Part shown: positions 1 through 8,137 of the stretch, piece after piece
Numbering within the stretch: the stretch's first letter is position 1
Layout of the letters: each line of letters begins with the position of its first letter
DNA from: Acidimicrobiales bacterium
GTDB taxonomy: Bacteria; Actinomycetota; Acidimicrobiia; Acidimicrobiales; VFJN01
DNA length: 36,027 bases
Direction of reading: 5' to 3'
NCBI GenBank assembly: GCA_036558145.1
Contig: DATBGF010000659.1
Coordinates: forward strand, 1-36,027
Made by a program: the position numbers and the translations under genes
The notes under the pieces: model-generated
The model's database searches: none
Seen by the model: the letters and a program-made list of their open reading frames with translations, nothing else
Told to the model about the DNA's origin: nothing

Positions 1-285
1 GATCTCGGGCGTGGTGAGGCCCTCGTACTCGCCGTAGTCCCACTCGGTGAGGTCGGGCTCGGGGATGGCCTCGGGGTGGCCGGCCAGCTTGGCCGTGACG
101 GTCGCCCGCACCCGCGGGCTCACCAGTACGAGGTCGAACGCCACGCCCGCCAGCACGCCCGCCACGGCGCGGGCCTCGGCCTCGCCCTTGGCCGTGAGCG
201 GCAGGTCCGTGTGGCTGGTGTGGCGGCCGTCGCGGCTCCACTCGGTCTCGCCGTGGCGCACGAGCCACACCTCCGGCCGGCTCAT
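1..285 (-). CDS. Histidine phosphatase superfamily protein (phosphoglycerate-mutase-like), N-terminal 95 codons; 3' end outside the window
   Basis: Absent from the ORF track because it is open at the window edge. Manual reverse-complement translation from ATG 285 gives MSRPEVWLVRHGETEWSRDGRHTSHTDLPLTAKGEAEARAVAGVLAGVAFDLVLVSPRVRATVTA... This carries the RHGE catalytic-His motif and the SP-x-x-RA-x-x-T motif. SD-like AGGAGGGGAG (complement of 290-299) lies 4 nt upstream of the ATG. Confidence 0.85.
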   Translation of the reverse strand, partial: MSRPEVWLVRHGETEWSRDGRHTSHTDLPLTAKGEAEARAVAGVLAGVAFDLVLVSPRVRATVTAKLAGHPEAIPEPDLTEWDYGEYEGLTTPEI

Positions 286-354
286 CCGACTCCCCTCCTG
301 ACCACTCTCCGTGTAATCAGTGACGTGAACACCACGCTGCGGCATGCTAGGCGG

Positions 355-1242
355 ATGCTCCTCGTCGGAACCGCGGATGGTCTGCTGGATCTTTCCCTCG
401 ACGGGAAGGAGTTGCGCCGCACCATGCCCGGTGCGGACGTGGTGGGCGTGGCCGGCGACTGGGCCATCGCCGACGGCTGGGTCATGGCCCTGGACGCGGG
501 CGCGGCCATCTCGCTGCCGGGCGGGCTGATCCCCCGCTGCGTGACCTCGCTGGACGGGGGCCGGGCGCTGGTGGGGACAGGCGACGCCCACCTGGTCGAC
601 GTGGGCGGGCCCGACGGCCCCATGCTCGACGCGCTGTTCGACACCATCCCGACCCGGACCGGCTGGACCACCCCGTGGGGCGGACCGCCCGACACCCGCT
701 CGATCGCCATCGGACCGGCCGGCCTGTTCGCCGGCGTGCACGTGGGCGGCGTGTGGCGCCGGGAGGCGACCGGCTGGACGGAGGTGGTCCCGGCCGAGGC
801 CGACAACCACCAGGTGGTGACCGAGGGCGACCGCGTCGCCGTGGCCGCGGCCGTGGGCGTGGGCCAGAGCGACGACTGCGGCGACACCTGGACGTGGAGC
901 CACGACGGCCTGCACGCGTCCTACTGCCGGGCCGCGGCCATCGCCGAGGGCTGGCTGCTGGCCACGGCGTCGACCGGTCCGGGGACCACCGAGGGCGCCG
1001 TCTACCGCCGCCCGCTGGGCGACCCCGAGGCCCCGTTCACCCGCTGCGGCGGGCCCGGCGACGACGACCTGCCCGCCGCGTTCGGCCACAACGTGGACAC
1101 GTTCTCGCTGGCCGCCGCGGGCGGGCTCGTGGCCGTGGGCACGCCGACGGGCGACCTGTACGTGTCCGAGGACAGCGGCGACACCTGGCACCACCTCCCG
1201 ACCGCGCTCCCGGGAGTCCACTGCGTCAGCTGGTCACCCTGA
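355..1242 (+). CDS. BNR/Asp-box repeat beta-propeller protein (sialidase-like / Ycf48-like fold), no obvious signal peptide
   Basis: C-terminal part of ORF 76..1242. Two Asp-box motifs S-x-D-x-G-x-T-W are present (SDDCGDTW, SEDSGDTW), and glycine-rich strand patterns recur. ATG at 355 (MLLVGTADGLLDL). An alternative start is GTG 325, which has TGTAAT 7 nt upstream. The ORF-track N-terminus (76-354) is Arg/His/Ala-rich and overlaps the divergent gene and promoter region, so it is not credible. Confidence 0.7.
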   Translation: MLLVGTADGLLDLSLDGKELRRTMPGADVVGVAGDWAIADGWVMALDAGAAISLPGGLIPRCVTSLDGGRALVGTGDAHLVDVGGPDGPMLDALFDTIPTRTGWTTPWGGPPDTRSIAIGPAGLFAGVHVGGVWRREATGWTEVVPAEADNHQVVTEGDRVAVAAAVGVGQSDDCGDTWTWSHDGLHASYCRAAAIAEGWLLATASTGPGTTEGAVYRRPLGDPEAPFTRCGGPGDDDLPAAFGHNVDTFSLAAAGGLVAVGTPTGDLYVSEDSGDTWHHLPTALPGVHCVSWSP

Positions 1243-2586
1243 CGGCAGCGGGTCCACCGTGCAGTAGAGGTGCGGGATCAGCGCCTCGGCCACAGCCACG
1301 ACCGTGGCCTCGTCGGTGACGTCGAGCGGCTCCCCGCCGATGTGCCACACGGTCCCGCCGCAGGAGAAGTCGGCGCCCGCACCTCCCGCATCGTCGGCCA
1401 CGATGATCTCGACGCCGTCGACCGAGGTGGTGTGGTAGCCGGGCCGATCCGGTTCGGGGAGCACGCCCTGGTCGCCGGCGGTCACGGCCACGTTCACGCC
1501 GTGCCACACCAGGCCGCTGGCGAGGTCGGCGCCGTTGAGCGGCTGGTCGGTGCAGCACGGCTGAGCCAGGCCCAGCTCCCCCCGGGCCCGGTGGAACGCG
1601 CGAGCGGTGTCGGTGAGGCCCTCCCCGGCGACCCGCCAGCGGTGCAGCACGCCCCGGGGCGACAGGGGCAGCGTGGCGCTGCCGTCGCCTTCGGGATCGA
1701 GGGCTTCCACCGAAGGTTCCACTCCACTGCTCCCGCAGCCGTCGCCGATCACCTGCATGACCGCCCGCCCGTCGGGGAGCCAGCCCACCGCGACCCGCTC
1801 GGAGTCGTCGAGGGTGCTCTGCGACTCCGTGTCCGGGTCGGTGGGACGAACGACGGCGAGCGGCTTGTCGCACCCGGCCATGATCTCGGCGAGCACCCAG
1901 CGGCCGTCCGGGGACGGGAGCGCCCGGGTCCAGGGAATGCCCGGGAGGACGTCGGAGAGCCCGGTGCGGGTGCCGTCGGGATCGACCCGGTCGAGCTGCC
2001 GGCGCCCGTCGCAGATGGCGACGCGGGTCCCGCCGGCGCCCGCGGCCTCCGAGCAGTCGTCCGGGGCCTGGGCGGGATCGAGGGTGGCGGCCACCACGAT
2101 GGTGCTGCCGCGATTGTTGCTCACCACGAGATCGGCGCCCGCCGCGGGAGCGCCGTTGGGCCAGCCGGTGGCGTGGGCCAGCTCGGTGCCGTCGTAGGAC
2201 AGGAGCACCACGCCGTCGTCGGTGACGTCGGCGAAGCCGCCCTCGGGCAGCGAGGCCAGCGGCGTCCCAGCCAGCGGACCGGAGAAGCGGGTGAGCGTGC
2301 CGCTGGTGGGCGCGTCGGGGCCGGGCGCCGGCGGGGGGCCGGGCGTCCGGTCGGTCGTGACGTCGTCCCGGTCCTCGCCGTCGGGCAGGCCGGTCGTGAC
2401 GGCCACCACCGCCACCACCGCCGCCACGGCCAGGGCGACCAGCGCCCAGCGGGGCGGGCGGGCGTGCGGCTTGCGGGCCCGCGAGGCGCGGGACATGGCC
2501 TCGGCCGGGGTGGTGGGCCGGCTGCCGGCGTCGAGCTCGCCGGCCAGCGCCCGCAGGGAGTCGTCGAGGTCGTGGGTCTCAGGCAT
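1234..2586 (-). CDS. Single-pass membrane protein, putative anti-sigma / sensor partner of the upstream ECF sigma; Cys-rich extracytoplasmic domain with PD40/TolB-like SPDGRW motif
   Basis: 450-aa ORF. It has a short cytoplasmic N-terminus, one TM helix (WALVALAVAAVVAVVAVTTGL), then about 380 aa with roughly 10 Cys and an SPDGRWVL motif. Its start overlaps the sigma stop by 8 nt (tcaggcat at 2579-2586), indicating translational coupling. No zinc-finger HxxxCxxC anti-sigma motif is visible, so the function is inferred from context only. Confidence 0.65.
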   Translation of the reverse strand: MPETHDLDDSLRALAGELDAGSRPTTPAEAMSRASRARKPHARPPRWALVALAVAAVVAVVAVTTGLPDGEDRDDVTTDRTPGPPPAPGPDAPTSGTLTRFSGPLAGTPLASLPEGGFADVTDDGVVLLSYDGTELAHATGWPNGAPAAGADLVVSNNRGSTIVVAATLDPAQAPDDCSEAAGAGGTRVAICDGRRQLDRVDPDGTRTGLSDVLPGIPWTRALPSPDGRWVLAEIMAGCDKPLAVVRPTDPDTESQSTLDDSERVAVGWLPDGRAVMQVIGDGCGSSGVEPSVEALDPEGDGSATLPLSPRGVLHRWRVAGEGLTDTARAFHRARGELGLAQPCCTDQPLNGADLASGLVWHGVNVAVTAGDQGVLPEPDRPGYHTTSVDGVEIIVADDAGGAGADFSCGGTVWHIGGEPLDVTDEATVVAVAEALIPHLYCTVDPLPSG

Positions 2587-3055
2587 CGACGGTCACCCCC
2601 AGGGTGAAGCGGATCTTGGCCAGGCCGCGGTCGAGGTGGTTGCGCAGGGTGCGGATCCGGCAGCCCAGGAGGCTCGCGGCCTCGGCCAGCGGGTAGCCGT
2701 AGCCGTGGACGAGGAGCACCGCGGCCCGTTGGCGCTCGCTCAGCTCGGCCAGCGCCCGGGCCAGCCCGGGCTCGTAGGCGGGCTCGCCGCCCGCCGTGGC
2801 CGCATCCGGGGCCTGCCAGCGATGCCGGCGGCCCGCGCTGCGGCGGACGGAGGTCTGGCCGACCCGCCACAGGTAGCCGGCCGGGTTGTCCATCGTCTCG
2901 ACCCGGTCGAAGTGCTCCCAGGCCCAGGCCAGGGCGTCGGCGGCTGCATCGGAGCCCAGGTCCGGTCCGTAGGCCGCCACCAGCGCCCGGCGCAGGCCGG
3001 GCTCGACGGCCACGCACAAGACCCCGAAGCGCGTCGCGCGGTCCCCTTCCTCCAT
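2579..3055 (-). CDS. ECF-type RNA polymerase sigma-70 family factor
   Basis: Region 2-like segment: DAAADALAWAWEHFDRVETMDNPAGYLWRVGQT. Region 4 HTH: LSERQRAAVLLVHGYGYPLAEAASLLGCRIRTLRNHLDRGLAKIR. I chose the start at ATG 3055 (MEEGDRATRF). The 23 extra codons up to ATG 3124 use GCA, CTA, GGA, CAT and TTG codons that are atypical for this genome. Confidence 0.85.
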   Translation of the reverse strand: MEEGDRATRFGVLCVAVEPGLRRALVAAYGPDLGSDAAADALAWAWEHFDRVETMDNPAGYLWRVGQTSVRRSAGRRHRWQAPDAATAGGEPAYEPGLARALAELSERQRAAVLLVHGYGYPLAEAASLLGCRIRTLRNHLDRGLAKIRFTLGVTVDA

Positions 3056-3062
3056 GCTCAAC

Positions 3063-3089
3063 AAGACCACGGCGGGGTGGATCCGTGCC
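3063..3089 (-). promoter_or_regulatory. Candidate ECF-type promoter: GGCAC-N17-GTCTT, with the -10 element ending 7 nt before ATG 3055
   Basis: On the minus strand the sequence reads GGCACggatccaccccgccgtgGTCTTgttgagcATG. It resembles the GGAAC-N16/17-GTC/CGT architecture of autoregulated ECF promoters. This is hand pattern-matching only. Confidence 0.3.
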
Positions 3090-3109
3090 ACATGCCGCAG
3101 GCCCGGTCC

Positions 3110-3115
3110 TAGGCT
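3110..3115 (+). promoter_or_regulatory. -10-like hexamer TAGGCT, 7 nt upstream of ATG 3123 (candidate leaderless promoter of the LuxR-family gene)
   Basis: TANNNT match read directly; spacing counted by hand; no SD is present. Confidence 0.4.
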
Positions 3116-3122
3116 CGCTGCC

Positions 3123-4760
3123 ATGGGTCGTCCGGCAGAGGTGGACGCCTCGCTGGCCCGGGCGCGGGCCAGCTTCGAGCGGCGTGAGTGGCGTGCGGCA
3201 TGCGAGGCCTTCGGGGCGGTGGACCCGGAGACCCTGGCGGTCGACGACCTGGAACGGCTCGCGATCGCCGCCTACCTCACGGGCGCGGACGCCGAGAGCG
3301 ACGCGGCGTGGCTGCGCGCCCATGCGACGGCCCTCGGCGAGGGCGACGAACGGCGGGCCGCCGGCTGCGCGTTCTGGCTGGGGTGGAACCTCATGTTCCG
3401 GGGCGACATGGCGGGGTCGACCGGCTGGCTCGGCCGGTCCCGCACCCTGCTCGACGGGGCGGCCGAGGAGTGCGCGGTCCACGGCATGCTGAGCCTGGTC
3501 GAGGCGTTGCAGCGGCTCGAGCGCGGCGACCTCGGCGCGGCGCTGGCGCACTTCGAGCAGGCGGCCGCCATCGGCGAGCGCTGCGGCGACCCCGACGTGC
3601 TGGCCCTCAGCCGGCTCGGCCGCGGCCAGGTGCTCGTGGCCCGGGACGACCTCACCGGCGGCGCCGCCCAGCTCGACGAGGCGATGGTGGCCGTCATCGC
3701 CGACGAGGTGACGGTCCCGATCGCCGGGGTCGTCTACTGCGGGGTCCTGCTCGAGTGCCGCAAGACCTTCGACGCCCGCCGGGCCCGGGAGTGGACCGAA
3801 GCCGTGACCCGGTGGTGCGACTCCCAGCCCGACCTCGTGCCCTACCGCGGCCAGTGCCTGGTCCACCGGTCGGAGGTGCTCCAGCTCGACGGCCGCTGGG
3901 ACGAGGCGCTCGTCGAGGCGCAGCGGGCCTGCGAGGTGCTGGCCGGACACCCGGCAGGCGGCGAGGCCCACTACCAGCGGGCGGAGCTGCACCGGCTGCG
4001 CGGCGACTTCGCCGCGGCCGAGTCCGGCTACCGGACCGCCCACGAGCGGGGACGCGAGCCGCAGCCCGGCCTGGCCCTGCTCCGGTTGGCGCAGGGTGAC
4101 CTCGCGGCTGCGGCCGCGTCGATCCGGCGGGCGGCCACCGAGGACCACCCCGAGATCGGCAGCATCCCGGTCCTGGCGTCACTGGTGGAGATCGCGCTGG
4201 CCGCCGGCGATCTCGACGCGGCCCGAGCCGCGTCGGACGAGCTGGCGGCCGCCTCGGGCACGAGCGACGTCCCCCTGCTGGCAGCGGTGGCAGGGCAGGC
4301 GAAGGGGGCCGTCCTGCTGGCCGAGGGCGACCCGGCCCGCGCACTCGGGCCGCTCCGGGTCGCCCTGGCGACCTGGCAACGGCTGGGCGCGGCGTACGGG
4401 ACCGCCCGCACCCGGGTGCTCGTGGCCGCGGCCTGCCAGGCCGTCGGCGATGCCGACGCCGCCCGGCTGGAGCTGGACGCGGCGCGGGCCACCTTCGAGG
4501 CGCTGAGCGCGGCACCCGACCTGGCCGCCGTGGCCGCGCTGGCCCGCCCCGGGCGGCCCGCCCGGCCGGGCGGCCTCACCGAGCGCGAGGTCGAGGTGCT
4601 CCAACGGGTGGCGGGCGGCCTGTCGAACCACCACATCGCGGTCGAGCTCGGCGTGAGCGTTCACACCGTCCGCCGCCACCTGCAGAACATCTTCGCCAAG
4701 CTCGGCGTCTCGTCCCGGGCCGCGGCCACCGCCTTCGCCGTCCGCCACGACCTCGCCTGA
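3123..4760 (+). CDS. LuxR-family transcriptional regulator with long TPR-like helical-repeat N-terminal region (no ATPase domain seen)
   Basis: C-terminal LuxR/GerE HTH: LTEREVEVLQRVAGGLSNHHIAVELGVSVHTVRRHLQNIFAKLGVSSRAAA. About 480 aa of Ala/Leu/Arg-rich helical repeats precede it. Start taken at ATG 3123 (MGRPAEVD); an alternative ATG lies at 3054. Confidence 0.85.
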   Translation: MGRPAEVDASLARARASFERREWRAACEAFGAVDPETLAVDDLERLAIAAYLTGADAESDAAWLRAHATALGEGDERRAAGCAFWLGWNLMFRGDMAGSTGWLGRSRTLLDGAAEECAVHGMLSLVEALQRLERGDLGAALAHFEQAAAIGERCGDPDVLALSRLGRGQVLVARDDLTGGAAQLDEAMVAVIADEVTVPIAGVVYCGVLLECRKTFDARRAREWTEAVTRWCDSQPDLVPYRGQCLVHRSEVLQLDGRWDEALVEAQRACEVLAGHPAGGEAHYQRAELHRLRGDFAAAESGYRTAHERGREPQPGLALLRLAQGDLAAAAASIRRAATEDHPEIGSIPVLASLVEIALAAGDLDAARAASDELAAASGTSDVPLLAAVAGQAKGAVLLAEGDPARALGPLRVALATWQRLGAAYGTARTRVLVAAACQAVGDADAARLELDAARATFEALSAAPDLAAVAALARPGRPARPGGLTEREVEVLQRVAGGLSNHHIAVELGVSVHTVRRHLQNIFAKLGVSSRAAATAFAVRHDLA

Positions 4761-4775
4761 CCGCAGCCCCGACGC

Positions 4776-4785
4776 GCCACGTGGC
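4776..4785. promoter_or_regulatory. Perfect 10-bp palindrome GCCACGTGGC, 16 nt downstream of the LuxR-family stop
   Basis: Read directly. It has no loop, so a protein-binding site is more plausible than a hairpin. Function unknown. Confidence 0.25.
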
Positions 4786-4855
4786 ACGAACGGACCACGC
4801 GGCCGGGCGCGCCGATTGGTACGCGCAGGCGATGTCCGGGGGCCCGGCCCACCCG

Positions 4856-4861
4856 TACGTT
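4856..4861 (+). promoter_or_regulatory. -10-like hexamer TACGTT upstream of the 4867-4889 palindrome and the SD of the 4906 gene
   Basis: TANNNT match. It would place a transcription start at about 4868, at the edge of the palindrome. Confidence 0.3.
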
Positions 4862-4866
4862 CGCTG

Positions 4867-4889
4867 GCGGGCGGCGCGGCGCCGCCCGC
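4867..4889 (+). promoter_or_regulatory. 23-bp palindrome gcgggcggcgc-g-gcgccgcccgc, immediately 5' of SD AGGAAGGAG (4891-4899) and ATG 4906
   Basis: The 11-nt arms are perfectly complementary around one central base. The element could be an operator or a 5'-UTR hairpin. Confidence 0.4.
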
Positions 4890-4905
4890 GAGGAAGGAGC
4901 GCCAC

Positions 4906-6069
4906 ATGACCATCGTCGGCGACGACCGCGCGCTGCGGCCGGCCAGCGTCCTCGACGCGCTGGGACCGCTGCTGCCCGACATCGGCGCCCGCGCGCCCGA
5001 GATCGAGGCGAACCGGCGGGTGCCGGGAGACCTGCTCGACCGGCTCAAGGCGGCCGGCGCCTTCCGCCTGCTGCTGCCCACGTCCCACGGCGGTGCGGGC
5101 AGCGACCTCGCTGCGGCCCTGCCCGTGTACGAGGCGCTGGCCCGGGCCGACGCCTCCACCGCTTGGATCGCCGTCATCGGCGGCGTGTCCTGGCTGGACC
5201 TGGTGTCACTGCCCCGGGAGACGTTCGACGAGATATACCCGCCCGGCGCCGACACGGTCGCGGCCGGTGTCTTCAACCCCACCGGCACGGTCCGGCCGGC
5301 GGACGGCGGGTACGTCGTCGACGGGCGGTGGAGCTTCGCCAGCGGATGCGAGCACGCCGACTGGTTCTACGGCAACTGCGTCGATGCCAGTGGCGACCAA
5401 CCCCTGCTCCGCATGGCGGTGCTGCCGCGCGACGAGATCACGATCGAGGACACGTGGTCGGTGTCGGGCCTCCGCGGGACGGGGAGCCACGACGTGGTCG
5501 TGCGCGGTGCGCTCGTCCCCGCCGCCAGGACCTGCGCGGTGTTCGCCGATCCGCCCTGCCTCGACTCGCCCCTGACCCGGATCCCCCTGCCCTCGGCCGC
5601 GCCGTTGCTGATGGGCGCCGTGGCCGTCGGCACGGCCCAGGGCGCCCTCGACGACGTGATCTCCCTCGCCGCCGGCAAGACGCCCCTGCTGGCGCCCACC
5701 ACGCTCGCGACCAACCCCCGCTTCCAGCACGTGCTGGGGACGGCGGACGTGCAGCTCCGGGCCGCCCGCTGCCTGCTCCAGGCCGAAGCGGCCGCGCTGT
5801 CGGCCGCGACGCAGGCCGGCGGTGAGCTGACCCTGGCGCTGCGCTCCCGGGCCCGCGCGGCTGGCGTCCATGCGGTCACGGCGGCGGCCGACGTCGTCGA
5901 CGCGGCCTACCGGGCGGGCGGTGGCACCGCGCTCTACGACTCCAGCCCGTTGCAGCGACGCCTGCGCGACAGCCGGGCGCTGACCCAGCACTTCCTGGTG
6001 AAGGACGACACGCTCACCTCGTGTGGCGCCGTCCTGGCCGGCCTCGATCCCGACGTGGAGGTCTTCTGA
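4906..6069 (+). CDS. Acyl-CoA dehydrogenase-fold flavin-dependent oxidoreductase/monooxygenase family protein
   Basis: 387 aa. The motif DTWSVSGLRGTGSHDVVV and the C-terminal four-helix segment (SSPLQRRLRDSRALTQH) are typical of ACAD-fold, group-D-like flavoenzymes. A strong SD, AGGAAGGAG, lies 6 nt upstream of ATG 4906. Confidence 0.85.
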   Translation: MTIVGDDRALRPASVLDALGPLLPDIGARAPEIEANRRVPGDLLDRLKAAGAFRLLLPTSHGGAGSDLAAALPVYEALARADASTAWIAVIGGVSWLDLVSLPRETFDEIYPPGADTVAAGVFNPTGTVRPADGGYVVDGRWSFASGCEHADWFYGNCVDASGDQPLLRMAVLPRDEITIEDTWSVSGLRGTGSHDVVVRGALVPAARTCAVFADPPCLDSPLTRIPLPSAAPLLMGAVAVGTAQGALDDVISLAAGKTPLLAPTTLATNPRFQHVLGTADVQLRAARCLLQAEAAALSAATQAGGELTLALRSRARAAGVHAVTAAADVVDAAYRAGGGTALYDSSPLQRRLRDSRALTQHFLVKDDTLTSCGAVLAGLDPDVEVF

Positions 6070-6464
6070 TGTCCGTGCACGACCTGAGCCGCCGCTTCCA
6101 CCGGTGCTTCGAGACCTTCGAGGCCGATGGCGACCTGTTCACCGACGACGCCTTCTTCGACCTGCTGCCGCCGATGTGGCGCTTCCAGCTCCGAGGCGGC
6201 ACTGCCTTCACCGACCAGCTCCGCTCGATCGCGGCGGGGCCGGCCCAGGTCGACATCGTGCGCACGGTCCCGACCGCCACCGGCTTCGTCACCGAGCACG
6301 TGGAGCGCCAGCGCGTCGACGGCGACGAGGTGACCGCCCGCCGCCTGTGGCTGTGCGAGGTGCGGGACGGGCGGATCGCCGACGTCACCGGCTACTGCAA
6401 CGGCGGCTGGGACCGTGAGCTGCGGGAGCGCCAGGCGGCCGAGGCCCCGATGCTGCGGACCTGA
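6069..6464 (+). CDS. SnoaL-like / NTF2-fold small protein
   Basis: 131 aa. The start overlaps the upstream stop (TGATG at 6067-6071). Size and pattern (FTDDAFFDL..., WLCEVRDGRIADVTGY) fit NTF2-like cone-fold proteins. The assignment is made by eye and is moderate. Confidence 0.65.
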   Translation: MSVHDLSRRFHRCFETFEADGDLFTDDAFFDLLPPMWRFQLRGGTAFTDQLRSIAAGPAQVDIVRTVPTATGFVTEHVERQRVDGDEVTARRLWLCEVRDGRIADVTGYCNGGWDRELRERQAAEAPMLRT

Positions 6465-6482
6465 GCCGGCCGGCGCCGACGG

Positions 6483-7076
6483 CTAGAGCGTGCCCTTCGT
6501 GGACGGGACGCCGCTGCCCTCCACCCGCACGGCATCGCGCAGGCAGCGGGCCACGCCCTTGAACGAGGCCTCCACGATGTGGTGGGTGTTGCGGCCGGAC
6601 CGCAGGGTCACGTGCAGGGTGATGGCCGCGGCGGTGGCGAACGACTGCCAGAAGTGCTCGGCCATCTCGGGGTTGAACGGCGGGTCGCCCAGCGGCAGGA
6701 CCTCGCCGAAGGGCAGGTCGATGGCGGTGAACGGCCGCCCCGACAGGTCCAGCGCCACCTCCACCAGCGCCTCGTCCAGCGGGAACGCGCCGCTGGCGAA
6801 GCGCCGCACGCCGGCCTTGTCGCCCAGCGCCTCCCTGAAGCACTCCCCCACCACGATGGCCACGTCCTCGACGGTGTGGTGGCCGTCCACGTGCAGGTCG
6901 CCCTGGGCCTCGACCGTGAGGTCGAAGCCGCCGTGACGGCCCAGCTGGTCGAGCATGTGGTCGAAGAACGGCAGCCCGGTGGCGGCGTGGACCTTGCCCT
7001 CGGGGCCGTCGAGGTCGATCGACACCGAGACCGAGGTCTCGCGGGTGGTGCGCTGGCGATGGGCGGATCGGGTCAT
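6483..7076 (-). CDS. hisB: Imidazoleglycerol-phosphate dehydratase
   Basis: 197 aa with GLPFFDHMLDQLGRHGGFDL, DGHHTVEDVAIVVG and GRNTHHIVEASFKGVARCLRDA. The ATG overlaps the hisC stop (ATGA at 7073-7076). Confidence 0.95.
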   Translation of the reverse strand: MTRSAHRQRTTRETSVSVSIDLDGPEGKVHAATGLPFFDHMLDQLGRHGGFDLTVEAQGDLHVDGHHTVEDVAIVVGECFREALGDKAGVRRFASGAFPLDEALVEVALDLSGRPFTAIDLPFGEVLPLGDPPFNPEMAEHFWQSFATAAAITLHVTLRSGRNTHHIVEASFKGVARCLRDAVRVEGSGVPSTKGTL

Positions 7077-8137
7077 GACAGCACCTCGGACAGGTTGCCC
7101 AGGAAGGCGTCGTCCTCGTCGGGGGACCCGATCGTGACACGCAGGCAGCCCTCCAGGCGAGGCCAGGACGAGCAGTCCCGCACCAGGACCGACCGGGCCA
7201 CCAGGTCCTTCCACACCTGGCTGCCCTCCCGCTCCCGGGGCCGGAACAGCACGAAGTTGGCGCCCGACGGCCAGAAGTCGACCGGCAGATCGGCCAGCGC
7301 CGCGGTCAGCCGGCCCCGCTCCTCCACGATCCCCGCCACCCGGGCCCGCATCTCGTCCGCGAAGTCGAGCGCGGCGGTGCCCGCGGCCTGCTTGACCGCG
7401 TCGAGGTGGTAGGGCAGCACGGCCTTGTCCAATTCGGCCACCAGCCACTCCGGCCCGATCAGGTAGCCGAGCCGGGCGGCCGCCATCGACCAGGTCTTGG
7501 AGAACGTGCGGGTCACCACCAGCGGGCGCTCGCCGTCCACCAGCTCGAGCGCCGACCACGGGGCGAACTGGCCGTAGGCCTCGTCCACCACGACCAGGCC
7601 GGGCGCCTCGGCCGCCACCGCCCGCACCAGGTCGGGCGGCTCCACCATGCCGGTGGGGTTGTTGGGCGAGCACAGGAACGTGATGGCCGGCTCGGCCTCG
7701 GCCAGCACCCGGCGCACCTCGTCGAGGGCGAGGACGAAGTTCTCGTCCCGCTCGCCCACCGCCACCGCGGTGCCCGTGATGCGGGGGATGTGGCTGTGCA
7801 GCGCGTAGGTCGGCTCGAACACCGCGGCGGTGCGGCCCGGTCCGCCGTAGGTGAGGCACAGCGTCTGCAGCACCTCGTTGGACCCGTTGGCCGCGAACAC
7901 CTGCTCGGGCGCGACGCCGTGGTGGGCGGCCAGGGCGGACCGCAGCTCGCGGTAGGAGCGGTCCGGGTAACGGTGCCAGTCGATGGCGGCCAGCGCCTCG
8001 GCCAGCCGCTCCCGGAAGCCGGGCGGCGGCGGGACCGGCGCCTCGTTGGTGTTCAGGCGGACCCGTACGTCGACCTGGGGCGAGTGGTAGCCCTCGACCA
8101 GCGCCAGGTCGTCCCGGGGCGTCAGCGGCGCGGTCAC
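7073..8137 (-). CDS. hisC: Histidinol-phosphate aminotransferase
   Basis: 354 aa with LNTNEAP, CSPNNPTG and TFSKTWSMAAARLGY (PLP-lysine context). GTG start 8137 overlaps the hisD stop (GTGA at 8134-8137). Confidence 0.95.
   Translation of the reverse strand: MTAPLTPRDDLALVEGYHSPQVDVRVRLNTNEAPVPPPPGFRERLAEALAAIDWHRYPDRSYRELRSALAAHHGVAPEQVFAANGSNEVLQTLCLTYGGPGRTAAVFEPTYALHSHIPRITGTAVAVGERDENFVLALDEVRRVLAEAEPAITFLCSPNNPTGMVEPPDLVRAVAAEAPGLVVVDEAYGQFAPWSALELVDGERPLVVTRTFSKTWSMAAARLGYLIGPEWLVAELDKAVLPYHLDAVKQAAGTAALDFADEMRARVAGIVEERGRLTAALADLPVDFWPSGANFVLFRPREREGSQVWKDLVARSVLVRDCSSWPRLEGCLRVTIGSPDEDDAFLGNLSEVLS

Noticed and set aside
3054-3124. Longer alternative N-termini for the LuxR-family gene (ATG 3054) and the sigma gene (ATG 3124), which would make the two genes overlap by about 70 nt
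   Set aside because: The extension codons include several that are rare for this genome (CTA, GGA, GCA, TTG, AGG). The shorter starts leave a 67-bp gap containing plausible promoter elements for both genes. This is not fully excluded.
2121-4148. 675-aa ORF antisense to the sigma-partner, sigma and LuxR-family genes
   Set aside because: The translation is Arg/Gly/Pro/Ala-rich low complexity, typical of stop-free off-frames in very high-GC DNA. The opposite-strand genes have clear family motifs.
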